Part shown: positions 8,882-17,928 of the stretch, piece after piece | How positions within the stretch are numbered: the first letter of the stretch is position 1 | How the letters are laid out: each line of letters opens with the position of its first letter | Source: a virus | Lineage: Duplodnaviria; Caudoviricetes | IMG/VR virus record: IMGVR_UViG_3300005529_000060 | Location: 1 to 44,037 of that record | Direction: 5' to 3' (one strand) | Length of the DNA stretch: 44,037 bases | Made by a program: the position numbers and the translations under genes | Notes under the pieces: model-generated | Told to the model about the DNA's origin: nothing | What the model saw: the letters and a program-made list of their open reading frames with translations, nothing else | The model's database searches: none

Positions 8882-9902
8882 AGCTACAAAGATCGAATGG
8901 TGTGACCACACTTTCAACCCATGGCTGGGCTGCGCCCACGTCAGCGAGGGCTGCCGTAATTGCTACGCCGAGACGCTGATGGACAAACGTTACGGCAAAG
9001 CGGAATGGGGAAAGGGAAAGCCTCGCCGTCTCACGTCCGAGGCTAACTGGAAGTTGCCGCTGCGCTGGGATGCTGCCGCGGAGAAAGTCGGCGAGCGTCG
9101 TCGTGTCTTCTGTGCATCGCTCGCAGATGTCTTCGATGAAGAGGTTTCGGATGACTGGCGCGATCGACTCTTCGGCCTCATCGCGTACACACGCAATCTC
9201 GACTGGCTCCTGCTCACGAAGCGCACAGCCAATGCGCTGCGCTACATCAATGATGTTCGCGCGCTGAAGCGACCGCTCTGTGACTCAGCCACCCGGCGCC
9301 GCGGCTCAATCGTCGGAGGACTCGTCGTGAAGACCGCGCATGACGCTGGATGGCCGAATGTTTGGGTCGGAACTTCCATCGAGAATCAGAAGGCGGCGGA
9401 CGTTCGGATTCCGATCCTTCTGCAGATTCCGGTCGCCATCCGCTTCTTGTCGATCGAACCATTGCTCGGGCCGATCGATCTCAGCGGCGAATGGGGCGCA
9501 TACCAGTACGGCAACGATACGCCGCTGCGTAAGACCTGGCTGCAGGGTATCCAGTGGGCGATTGTTGGCGGAGAGAGCGGCCCGGGCGCAAGGCCTATGC
9601 ACCCGCAATGGGCTCGGGAGCTACGCGACCAATGCACAGCTGCGCGCATGCCCTTCTTCTTCAAGCAGTGGGGCGAATGGGACGGCGGGCAATACGGTGC
9701 ATGTGATGACCCCTGCGGCAGCGATGTTATCGCTCTGCCGAATGGCACGATCACTTCCACCGAATGGGAGCCAGGTGCTCATCTGCGCGGAGGAATTCAA
9801 CTGCACCGCGTAGGCAAGAAGACGGCCGGTCGTCTTCTCGACGGTCGCAAGTGGGACGAACTTCCAACAGCAGTTCACGAGCATGGTCAGTCGTCGCGAT
9901 AG
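8874..9902 (+). CDS. phage Gp37/Gp68 (DUF5131) family protein
   Basis: TKIEWCDHTFNPWLGC..VSEGCRNCYAE, VFCASLADVF, SIEPLLG, GGESGPGARP, FFFKQWG. Confidence 0.9.
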   Translation: MGEATKIEWCDHTFNPWLGCAHVSEGCRNCYAETLMDKRYGKAEWGKGKPRRLTSEANWKLPLRWDAAAEKVGERRRVFCASLADVFDEEVSDDWRDRLFGLIAYTRNLDWLLLTKRTANALRYINDVRALKRPLCDSATRRRGSIVGGLVVKTAHDAGWPNVWVGTSIENQKAADVRIPILLQIPVAIRFLSIEPLLGPIDLSGEWGAYQYGNDTPLRKTWLQGIQWAIVGGESGPGARPMHPQWARELRDQCTAARMPFFFKQWGEWDGGQYGACDDPCGSDVIALPNGTITSTEWEPGAHLRGGIQLHRVGKKTAGRLLDGRKWDELPTAVHEHGQSSR

Positions 9903-9926
9903 TCGCGCCGACAGGGGAGAGAGGGA

Positions 9927-11741
9927 TTGCAGGGATCCGATGTCCTTCAGAACGTCTTGTCACGCCTCAGCGGCACGCGCCGAAGCGGAGACGGATTCGT
10001 TGCGCTCTGTCCTGCGCACGATGATCGCCGACAGTCTCTTTCACTCTCCGATGGCGATCTCGGTGTCATGGCCACGTGTCACGCCGGCTGTTCCATCGAC
10101 GCAATCGCCGAGTCGATCGGCATCGAGATCAAGGACCTCTTCTACGAGTCCGCGCCCGCCGCGCAGAAGAACACCGTCGTCGCTCAATATGAGTATCGCG
10201 ACGAACACGGTGAACTCCGTTATGTCGTCGAGCGACGTCTCCCGAAAGACTTCCGTCAGCGCAGGCCTGACGGCGCCGGCGGATGGATTTGGAATCTCAA
10301 AGGCGTCGAGCCTCTCCCGTACCGGCTGCCCGAGATCCTCGCTGCAGATCTGCTCGAGCCCGTGCTCATCGTCGAAGGCGAGAAGGACGTCGACGCTCTT
10401 TGGTCCCGCGGTTTCGTCGCCACCTGCAACTCTGGTGGCGCTGGCAAGTGGCGCCGCGATCTCGGTTCCTATCTCTCCGGCCGTCGCGTCATCGTCCTCC
10501 CTGACAACGACGAGCCAGGGCACAAGCATGCGGACGTCGTCGTCCAGTCGCTCACCGGTGTCGCCGAATCGATCGACGTGCTCGACCTGCCGGGACTGCC
10601 GAAAAAGGGGGATGTCTCCGACTTCTTCGCGTTGGGCAAGACCGCTGACGATCTCCGCGCGCTGCTCTCTCCTTCGCCGTTACTCGCTCCTCACGAGGAT
10701 GTCTTCGTCATCGCAGCAGACGAAGACGAGCCGCCAGCACAGCGATGGATTGTCGACGGCTGGGTGCCGGAGGGCTTCGTGACGACGCTCTACGCGCACG
10801 GCGGCAGCTCGAAGTCGTTCCTCGCGCAGTTCTGGGCGATGTCGATCGCGCTCGGTCTGCCGATCTTCAAACACGGCGTCATCAAAGGACCCGTTCTCTT
10901 CCTCGACGGAGAGCTCGACAAGCACTCCTGGCTCCGCCGCGGCTACATGCTCGCGCGCGGTCTCAACATCGATCGCATTCCGCGCGGCGTCTTCTATCGC
11001 CGCGTTTCGCGCTCACTTCTCGAACCCCAATTCAGAAAGGAGATCGTTTCGTTCCTTCAACAGGAACGGCCAGTCCTCACGATCATCGATTCGTTCACAG
11101 CATGCCTGCCTGGCAACGACACCAACAGCCTCGACGATGTGACCAACCGCATCCGCACTCTGAGCGAGCTCGGAACGGTGCTGCTCATCGATCACTCGGC
11201 CAAGGGTTCCGACATGACGGGTACTGCGACCGCCATCGGAAGCGTCGCCAAGATGATGTTCGCGCGCTCTGCACTGCAGATCGCCAGCTCTCCTGCTGGC
11301 GGGTCGGTGCTCCGGCACACGAAAACCAACTTCGGCCCGCTCTCCGACCCGGTCGCCTACACACTCAACTTCGGCGGCAACATGGTGTGCGTCGATCAGA
11401 TCGATTACACCGACGAGCGTCTCGAAGGGATCGAGCAAGCCTTGCCAGCGCGCGCGCGAATTCTCGCAGCGTTTCTGGCTGGTGAGTTCCCCCTGGGCGG
11501 GACTGCTCGCGACATCGCGGAGGCGCTCGACATGCCTCCGAAAACCGCGAAGAACTCTCTGTCTCAACTGCGCCGGCAAGGACACCTCCGCCTCAACGGG
11601 AAGGTATGGATATCGGAAGTCGGCTCCGTCAATAAGACGTCAAATCGTCCCGAGTCCGTCCCGTCGGGACAGTCGGGACAGCTCTGGAATGAGGCGTCCC
11701 AAGGGCCGGGACGCACACCAAAAACGGAACGTACGGCATGA
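9927..11741 (+). CDS. primase-helicase (Zn-binding, TOPRIM, AAA_25/RepA-like, C-terminal wHTH)
   Basis: CPAHDD...CHAGC; VEGEKD, PDNDEPG; Walker A AHGGSSKS, IIDS, IDH; terminal TARDIAEALDM HTH. Confidence 0.88.
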   Translation: MQGSDVLQNVLSRLSGTRRSGDGFVALCPAHDDRRQSLSLSDGDLGVMATCHAGCSIDAIAESIGIEIKDLFYESAPAAQKNTVVAQYEYRDEHGELRYVVERRLPKDFRQRRPDGAGGWIWNLKGVEPLPYRLPEILAADLLEPVLIVEGEKDVDALWSRGFVATCNSGGAGKWRRDLGSYLSGRRVIVLPDNDEPGHKHADVVVQSLTGVAESIDVLDLPGLPKKGDVSDFFALGKTADDLRALLSPSPLLAPHEDVFVIAADEDEPPAQRWIVDGWVPEGFVTTLYAHGGSSKSFLAQFWAMSIALGLPIFKHGVIKGPVLFLDGELDKHSWLRRGYMLARGLNIDRIPRGVFYRRVSRSLLEPQFRKEIVSFLQQERPVLTIIDSFTACLPGNDTNSLDDVTNRIRTLSELGTVLLIDHSAKGSDMTGTATAIGSVAKMMFARSALQIASSPAGGSVLRHTKTNFGPLSDPVAYTLNFGGNMVCVDQIDYTDERLEGIEQALPARARILAAFLAGEFPLGGTARDIAEALDMPPKTAKNSLSQLRRQGHLRLNGKVWISEVGSVNKTSNRPESVPSGQSGQLWNEASQGPGRTPKTERTA

Positions 11742-11965
11742 AGATAACTCATTCATATAAAAAGAGTTATCCACGCGTCCCGACCTCGGGACTCACTTCG
11801 AAACTCATCAACGCATCTAAGTCCAATTCCGTCAATCACTTGCAAGCAGTCGCCGTATCCGTCCCGAACTCTCCCCCCTTTAGGGGGGAGTTCGGGGCGG
11901 GACGGCAACGAGTGATTGACGCCGCTCCGGGATGGCTACCTGTCCCGACCCGTCCCGATCGGGAC
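11647..11965. promoter_or_regulatory. putative replication origin (iterons, AT-rich palindrome, G/C hairpin)
   Basis: 12 exact GTCCCG/CGGGAC hexamers in about 320 bp; GATAACTC..GAGTTATC inverted repeat around an AT-rich core; CTCCCCCCT-TT-AGGGGGGAG; overlaps the primase-helicase 3' end. Confidence 0.75.
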
Positions 11966-11988
11966 ACCAACGAACAAGGAGCAAATTC

Positions 11989-12453
11989 ATGACGGAAAAA
12001 ACCGAACAGCAACGGCCTGTCGGATGGATCGGCGTAGATCTCGACGGGACTCTCGCGCACTACGACAAGTGGGCCGGACCAACAGAGATCGGAGCGCCGA
12101 TCGCGCCGATGGTGAATCGGGTGAAGGCCTGGCTCGCCGCGGGTCTCGAGGTTCGCATCCTCACCGCCCGCGTGGCGGTCGTCGAAGCGACGCCGGACTA
12201 CGTCGACCGAGTGAAGGCGCATGCGACGGCCGCGGGCATCGCGACGTTCGACGCCGAGCGGCACATCTCCGAGTGGAACGAAGCGGTCGTCCGGATCCGC
12301 TCCGCGATCGAACTCTGGTGCCTCGAGCACATCGGCCGTGCGTTGCCGGTCACGTGCGTGAAGGACTTCGGAATGATCGAGCTCTGGGACGATCGCGCCA
12401 TTCGCGTGCGAACGAATGTGGGCGAGCCGTGCTGCGACGGAGGTGTCGCATGA
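11989..12453 (+). CDS. HAD-superfamily phosphatase-like protein
   Basis: WIGVDLDGTLA, ILTAR, VTCVKD, WDDRA; AAGGAG RBS. Confidence 0.8.
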   Translation: MTEKTEQQRPVGWIGVDLDGTLAHYDKWAGPTEIGAPIAPMVNRVKAWLAAGLEVRILTARVAVVEATPDYVDRVKAHATAAGIATFDAERHISEWNEAVVRIRSAIELWCLEHIGRALPVTCVKDFGMIELWDDRAIRVRTNVGEPCCDGGVA

Positions 12454-12977
12454 ATCCGATGCAAGAACGCGTGGAGGCGTGGCATCGTCGGTTCGGTGCG
12501 GTGGTCGGTGACCAACCTGCGATTCGTCGTCCCGAATTGCGCGCTGCGCTCATCGAAGAAGAAGCACGTGAAACGTGCGAGGCCATTCGACGCGGCGATC
12601 TCGTCGAGGCGATCGATGGAATGTGCGACGTGCTTTACGTGGTGTTCGGAACGGCGGTCGAGTTTGGAATCGATCTCGAACCCTTCTTCGCGGAAGTTCA
12701 TCGCACAAACATGCTCAAGGTCGGCGGAGCCTCGCGGGAAGACGGAAAGGTGCTGAAGCCAGAAGGATGGCAGCCACCGCGTATTGCAGAGATCCTTCAG
12801 CGTCCTGATGCGAATCTCGACGACGATCTCTCTCGGTGCGCAATCTGCGGATGGCCGCTCGGTGACGAGCCGGCCCAATGTCGCCGAGGAGACTGTTCGT
12901 TTCGTCCGCGTCCCAGGAATCTCTACTCGCCAGTTCGAGCTGAAAAAGAAATGCGCGGCGGGGAGTCACTCGCATGA
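12450..12977 (+). CDS. MazG-like all-alpha NTP pyrophosphohydrolase with C-terminal Cys-rich extension
   Basis: LIEEEARE...EAIDGMCD, EVHRTNMLK, REDGKVLKPEGW; ATGA overlap. Confidence 0.8.
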   Translation: MNPMQERVEAWHRRFGAVVGDQPAIRRPELRAALIEEEARETCEAIRRGDLVEAIDGMCDVLYVVFGTAVEFGIDLEPFFAEVHRTNMLKVGGASREDGKVLKPEGWQPPRIAEILQRPDANLDDDLSRCAICGWPLGDEPAQCRRGDCSFRPRPRNLYSPVRAEKEMRGGESLA

Positions 12978-13291
12978 GCCTCGCCGACTACAAAGGCCCG
13001 TCCAACCATCCCGACTTGGTGCATCACTTGGTTGGGGAAACAATCGAAGGTGCGCTTCTCGATCAGGGAAAACTGTGGCTGATTCTCAGCAGCGGAGTCG
13101 CCCTGGTCGTTTCCGCTCCGCCGCCGAAGATCGGTGAACCGTCTCACGTCAGCTACTGGGTCGAGCAGCAGGAAGGACCTGACGGCTGGCGTACTCGAGT
13201 CGCTCGTCGCCGCGAGCAGCTCGAGCACAACTCGCGCGAGATCGAACGCCTGGCGGCGATTGAGCAGCTGGCGAAGCGAGGTGCCGCGTGA
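12974..13291 (+). CDS. hypothetical protein
   Basis: Coupled start/stop overlaps, GGGAG RBS. Confidence 0.65.
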   Translation: MSLADYKGPSNHPDLVHHLVGETIEGALLDQGKLWLILSSGVALVVSAPPPKIGEPSHVSYWVEQQEGPDGWRTRVARRREQLEHNSREIERLAAIEQLAKRGAA

Positions 13292-13764
13292 GAGTGCTCG
13301 CGATCGATCCAGGCACCGAGCAAGGCGCGTTCGTTCTTTTCGGCGACGGCGCTCCAATCGCTCACGGCATTGTCCAGAACGCGGAGCTGCTCGACATCGT
13401 GTCGAACAGCGAGGCTGACTTCCTCGCGATCGAGTGGGTCTCGTTCTACGGCAAAGAGATTCACGCCGGCAGTGAGACGTTCGAGACGTGTCGCTGGGCT
13501 GGCCGGTTTCAGCAGGCGTGGAACGAAGACGCGACATGCGTGCTGATCCCGCGACGGCAGATCAGGCAGGAGCTCTGTGGCACGCAGAAAGCCGGCGATC
13601 CAGAAGTGCGCGCGGTGCTGATCGATCGGTATGGCGGGAAGGAACGCGCGATCGGAAAGAAGGCAACGCCAGGGCCGCTCTATGGAATCAGTTCACACGC
13701 ATGGAGCGCGCTCGCAGTGGCGGCGGTATTCACGGACCGTTTTGAACAGAAGAAGACGGCATGA
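13288..13764 (+). CDS. RuvC-like Holliday junction resolvase
   Basis: VLAIDPG, LAIE, terminal HAWSALAVA helix. Confidence 0.75.
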   Translation: MRVLAIDPGTEQGAFVLFGDGAPIAHGIVQNAELLDIVSNSEADFLAIEWVSFYGKEIHAGSETFETCRWAGRFQQAWNEDATCVLIPRRQIRQELCGTQKAGDPEVRAVLIDRYGGKERAIGKKATPGPLYGISSHAWSALAVAAVFTDRFEQKKTA

Positions 13765-13773
13765 GGGCGGGCG

Positions 13774-14139
13774 ATGGGGGACCAGATCGTGTGCAGCGAA
13801 TGCAATCGAACAGCAAGCGACGCAGTCCACGACGAACGAAATCCGTGCGGCCACTTCTTCAACGTTGGTCCTTCGATGATCGCTGGACGCGTCGACGAAT
13901 CGCCGCGAATTCCGATCAGAACGAAGAGCCCGGGGAAGAATGACTACAAGTGGTGGGCGCGCTCTTATGTGAAGCAGCAACTCATTCGCGACATGGCGCG
14001 CGAGCGCATTGAAGCGTATTTCGCGGGACGCATTGAGATCGCGCAGGAGCATCTGTCGGAGCTCGAGTCGATGATGCGCGAGCTCACGAAACAGTTGGAA
14101 CGGCGGAAGCGGCCGCCAATGGAGAGGTCCGAAGGTTGA
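13774..14139 (+). CDS. hypothetical protein
   Basis: GAGG RBS; CSEC..H....CGH then coiled coil. Confidence 0.55.
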   Translation: MGDQIVCSECNRTASDAVHDERNPCGHFFNVGPSMIAGRVDESPRIPIRTKSPGKNDYKWWARSYVKQQLIRDMARERIEAYFAGRIEIAQEHLSELESMMRELTKQLERRKRPPMERSEG

Positions 14140-14163
14140 GCAAGATGTGCAGAGGAGAGAACA

Positions 14164-14601
14164 ATGGGTAGCTGCGGATGCGGCGATTTTGATGACGTTC
14201 GATGGGCCGTTACTGTTGGCAAGTACGTTCTGTGCGTAATGGAGTACGACGGCTGCAACAACGGCTGCGATGCTCCGCTCGGATTCACCCTCATGCTGAT
14301 GACGAAGACGGAGGCAAAAAACTTCGGCATCAAACCTACGGGAGAGTGGAAGCCTGAAGAGACGGTTGGATGGTCCGAGCAGTTCTTGAATTTCTTCTCG
14401 CAGAGCCAACTTGTCGAAGCCACACGGCAACTCACGAGAGGGGTCGACGCCGCGGACTATGACGATCTCGGTGATGCGATCGATGAATCAGCATTGGAGA
14501 TCATGCGCAATGCGTGGTCTGCACAACAGGCGTTCGAGAATGAATTGCGAAAGCGATTCGGAGAAAAGCCACCGTTCGCGCCATCCGCCCATAGGGACTG
14601 A
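14164..14601 (+). CDS. hypothetical Cys-rich N-terminus protein
   Basis: AGGAG RBS; CGCG...GCNNGC. Confidence 0.6.
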   Translation: MGSCGCGDFDDVRWAVTVGKYVLCVMEYDGCNNGCDAPLGFTLMLMTKTEAKNFGIKPTGEWKPEETVGWSEQFLNFFSQSQLVEATRQLTRGVDAADYDDLGDAIDESALEIMRNAWSAQQAFENELRKRFGEKPPFAPSAHRD

Positions 14602-14606
14602 CCGAA

Positions 14607-15382
14607 GTGATCCCATACCACGGCACTCCGTTGACGCCGACGCACGAAGCAGCTCGTTTCTTTGTTGGTCGTCATGCGATGGTCTCGTTTGCAACGATCA
14701 ATCGCGGAGGCGCTGATCAGTTGCCGACCATTGCTGAGGTCTCTCGTTCGTTTGTATTGGATAACGGGGCATTCACAGCGTGGAAGCAGCGTGAAACCGT
14801 CAATTGGTCTCGCTTCTATGCGTGGGCGGAGATGTGGCTCGCGCATCCAGGATGCGAGTGGGCACTGATTCCGGACGTCATTGATGGTGACGAGCCAGCG
14901 AATGACGCGTTGCTCACCGAGTGGCCCTTGCCGCATCACGTTGGCGTTCCCGTATGGCATCTGCACGAGTCGATCGCGCGCCTTGAGCGGCTGTGCGATG
15001 AATGGCCTCGCGTCGCTTTCGGATCGTCTGGCCAGTACGCACAAAAGTGGGGAGTGATACATGGTGGGGCCGAATGGCCGACGCGTTAGACGCAATCTGC
15101 GACGATGTAGGTAGGCCCAAAGTGAAGTTACATGGGCTGCGCATGTTGAATCCGGCAATCTTCTCTGAGATCCCGTTCGCCTCTGCTGATTCAACGAATG
15201 TTGTGCAGAACAAGACCGGGTCACGATGGGATGGTCCTTATGTTCCGAAGTCGGCCGAGATTCGAGCTTTTGTTCTCGCTGATCGCATCGAGGCATACAA
15301 CTCGCCGGCCACATGGCGGCGCGGTGAACAGACGCCGCGCCGGTATGCACTCGCGGCTACGCCCTTATTCGGAGGTTGCTGA
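14607..15382 (+). pseudogene. TGT/DpdA-like protein split by a frameshift near 15043-15047
   Basis: Frame A gives YHGTP, LDNGAF, IPDVIDG, PVWH, FGSSGQY; the -1 frame continues VGSDTWWGRM, LHGLRML, FASADSTN. Confidence 0.65.
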
Positions 15383-15388
15383 CGTCAC

Positions 15389-15406
15389 CCGTTCCGACTG
15401 GAACGG
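15389..15406. terminator. hairpin between convergent genes
   Basis: CCGTTCC-GACT-GGAACGG perfect 7-bp stem; no U tract. Confidence 0.4.
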
Positions 15407-15417
15407 CGGCGTGCGAG

Positions 15418-15642
15418 CTACTCCGGGTAGAGCAGCTCGAGCAGCCCGTTGAGCGCTCGCGCGACCCGTTCCGCAATCTCTGGCTTCATCCCGCCGATGT
15501 AAAACTCGCGGCTTTCTCGATCGACGAAGAACATCATTCCGTTTGCGCCGCCTGATCCAGTCGCCTCGAATCGTCCGCCGCGAAACCTAGCGAGAATCGT
15601 TCGGAGCTGCGCGACTTTGTCGCGCTTCTGATCAGGCGTCAC
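15418..15642 (-). CDS. small hypothetical protein, opposite strand
   Basis: Occupies an otherwise gene-free gap; protein-like 74-aa sequence; convergent hairpin downstream. Confidence 0.55.
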   Translation of the reverse strand: MTPDQKRDKVAQLRTILARFRGGRFEATGSGGANGMMFFVDRESREFYIGGMKPEIAERVARALNGLLELLYPE

Positions 15643-15691
15643 AGGTTGAGCCTATCCATGTGCGCGGCATCTACGCTGCGTGGAGACTCGC

Positions 15692-15738
15692 TGTCCCGCC
15701 CTTTCCTGCCGTCCCTCCACCACACAGCGTTTGACACT
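15692..15738 (+). promoter_or_regulatory. putative late promoter 1
   Basis: TGTCCCGCC-N32-GACACT upstream of the first late gene. Confidence 0.7.
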
Positions 15739-15788
15739 CCCAGAAACGGCGCGGGTTGGTCCTCGCGCCGATTCACTCGGGAGGACTC

Positions 15789-16544
15789 ATGCGACGCAGC
15801 TGGCTGGTGGGGTTGATTCTTCTTCTCTGCAGTAGCGCTCTCGCTGACGAGAAGGTCGTCTACCTCCACGGCGCTACTGGCTGGACCGAAGTGAACCTCG
15901 TTGCCTCCGATGCGCTCGCAAGCATCTCGATCGGATGCCTCGGATCGCCTGGCGGACTGCTGACTCTCGGATCACCCGCGACACCGTACTCGCTTGCGCA
16001 GTACGGCAGCGGCATCATCGCGAACTTCGATGGCTTTCTGTGCTCGCCATCCACTGTCGGACTCGCCGATGTGCGCGTCAGTGGCACAGCGCGGATTGCG
16101 ACCGAAGCCGTGTTCCTCGATCCGAGCGGCAACCGAGCGCTCGTAACGATCCCCGCAATCACGAACTCGCGTCTCGAGGCGAGCGTCACTCCGCCCACAC
16201 GACCAGTTCTTACGTTCTCACGCATCGAGAACGGGCCAACGCGCTCGACTTACTTCGGATTCTTCACCGCGAAGGCCGCATCGATCGATCTCAACGTGCT
16301 CGATGGCGACAATCACATTCTCGGTGTCGAGCACGTCGCGCTGAACGCCGGCTTCACGTTCTACCGATTGCAGACACCCGTGACGATCGGTCGAGTCCAG
16401 GTGAAGCGTGTCGTAGTGGTGATCGGCTGCCCTGATTGCAGCGTGATCACCGACATCTACGGCGTCGCTTTCGTCGGGTTCAACGACGGCGGGAGCCCGC
16501 GTGTCGAGATGGGCTCCGAGCAAATCTATTTCGCACTGCCATGA
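15789..16544 (+). CDS. exported beta-rich protein
   Basis: GGGAGG RBS; MRRSWLVGLILLLCSSALA/DE Sec signal peptide; several Cys. Confidence 0.7.
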   Translation: MRRSWLVGLILLLCSSALADEKVVYLHGATGWTEVNLVASDALASISIGCLGSPGGLLTLGSPATPYSLAQYGSGIIANFDGFLCSPSTVGLADVRVSGTARIATEAVFLDPSGNRALVTIPAITNSRLEASVTPPTRPVLTFSRIENGPTRSTYFGFFTAKAASIDLNVLDGDNHILGVEHVALNAGFTFYRLQTPVTIGRVQVKRVVVVIGCPDCSVITDIYGVAFVGFNDGGSPRVEMGSEQIYFALP

Positions 16545-16786
16545 CCGATCAAACCTATCGCGAGCTGAAGGGCGGAAAGCGGCTGCGTGTCGTGCCGAAT
16601 GACGGCGGAACTGCGCAGCTGACGGCGCGTTGCCGCGTCGGACGTTCGCGCGCTTTCGGGGTCCTCGATCGACTTCGCTTCCTGTTCGTCGGCCGGCTAT
16701 GGGTCGTGACGATGAACGGGAAAGAGCACACGTCTGTCGCTCTGTCGCTGCGCGAGCCAAAGGAAGTGACCGGCAATGGCCGATAG
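16541..16786 (+). CDS. hypothetical protein
   Basis: ATGA overlap; basic 81-aa protein. Confidence 0.55.
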   Translation: MTDQTYRELKGGKRLRVVPNDGGTAQLTARCRVGRSRAFGVLDRLRFLFVGRLWVVTMNGKEHTSVALSLREPKEVTGNGR

Positions 16787-17147
16787 GCTCAGCAAAACGC
16801 ACGCGCCGGAAGGCAAGACGGCTGTCGCTTACACGCGCGAGGACAAAGGCCGCTTCGGTAAGGGGAATCCTGGCCGACCGAAGGGCTCTCTCAACTGGGA
16901 GAAGCGAAAGCTCGCGGATGCTGCGCGTGAACTCTTCGAGAAGCACTGCCCTGACGAGATTCTTTCAATCCTTCACGGCGACAACGACGTCGTGAAGATG
17001 CGGTGCATCGAATGGTTAGCCGATCGCGCCTATGGGAAGGCGCCGGTTGTCGTGCGTGCCGGCATCGATCCCGATTCGCCCGAGGGAATCCTGCTGATGC
17101 TCGCGAATCAGACACTGCCAGGTTCTTCGGAGGAACAGACCTCGTGA
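16776..17147 (+). CDS. terminase small subunit-like (DUF5681-type)
   Basis: GRFGKGNPGRPKGS and WLADRAYGKA motifs; upstream of terL. Confidence 0.7.
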   Translation: MADRLSKTHAPEGKTAVAYTREDKGRFGKGNPGRPKGSLNWEKRKLADAARELFEKHCPDEILSILHGDNDVVKMRCIEWLADRAYGKAPVVVRAGIDPDSPEGILLMLANQTLPGSSEEQTS

Positions 17148-17506
17148 CCCCCCATCCCCATGCACGCGCCACCGATCACGATGGCGAAAACTACGAGCAC
17201 GCACGTACGGCCGACCGCCGGTGGCGCCTCGATATCGGGCATCTCATCACGCTCGCGACGACGTTTTTCAGCGCTCTCGTGATGGTGCTCGGCTTCTACT
17301 ACAAGACCCAGGCGGACATTCAGGCCCACTCAGAAGCCATTCGCCGGCTGGAGTCGTCCGCAAAGACGAAGGAATCCGCCGACAGCGATCTGAAAGTTGT
17401 CATCACGAAGCTCGAGGAGCTCGACAAGCGACTCACCGAGCGCCTCGATCGCATTGAGGCGAATCAATCGCAGCAGCAATCGCAGCAAGGAAGAGGAAGA
17501 CCGTGA
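17144..17506 (+). CDS. single-TM plus coiled-coil protein (holin/antiholin-like)
   Basis: GTGA overlap; LITLATTFFSALVMVLGFYY TM followed by heptad repeats. Confidence 0.6.
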   Translation: MTPHPHARATDHDGENYEHARTADRRWRLDIGHLITLATTFFSALVMVLGFYYKTQADIQAHSEAIRRLESSAKTKESADSDLKVVITKLEELDKRLTERLDRIEANQSQQQSQQGRGRP

Positions 17507-17919
17507 ATATCTGGCTCGAGCTGTTGTTCGTTCTCGTCCGCGGCGCGCTGCTCTCACTCGGCACTCTCATGGTGCAGCACGGGTGGATCAGCGAGCAGAC
17601 CGCAATGCACTTCTCGGGTCCTGCTGCGATTTGGCTCACGGCTGGCGTCTTCGTGATTGCGACGACGCTCGGGCACTCCGCATGGTCGAAGGTGAAAGCC
17701 ACGGCCGCGGCGAGGATCGCGCTGATGTTCCCGGCCGGTTCACCTGCCGCGCTGGTAATCGAGGCGATGAAGGACGTCACGAAGAAATCGCTTTGGGCTC
17801 TGGCGCGTGATCTCACGAAGGACGACACGGACGAGGACCGTCAGAAACTCGAGAAGGCGACGGAGGCGGTCAAGGGCGTGCTGCTCGAGCACGGATTCTC
17901 CGATTCGGCGAAGCCCTGA
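17503..17919 (+). CDS. multi-TM membrane protein, holin candidate
   Basis: Two to three hydrophobic segments and a charged C-terminus. Confidence 0.55.
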   Translation: MNIWLELLFVLVRGALLSLGTLMVQHGWISEQTAMHFSGPAAIWLTAGVFVIATTLGHSAWSKVKATAAARIALMFPAGSPAALVIEAMKDVTKKSLWALARDLTKDDTDEDRQKLEKATEAVKGVLLEHGFSDSAKP

Positions 17920-17928
17920 CCGGCGCGA

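Noticed and set aside
11647-11965. Repeats as a CRISPR or mini-array
   Set aside because: Units are 6-9 bp, in both orientations and irregularly spaced; no cas genes.
11738-11992. 84-aa ORF after the primase-helicase
   Set aside because: It runs across the iteron and palindrome region with atypical composition; more simply explained as origin DNA, although the ATGA overlaps mean it cannot be fully excluded.
15731-15736. Perfect TTGACA as a sigma70 -35 element
   Set aside because: No -10-like hexamer 16-18 nt downstream; it overlaps the GACACT that aligns with the other late-motif -10 elements.
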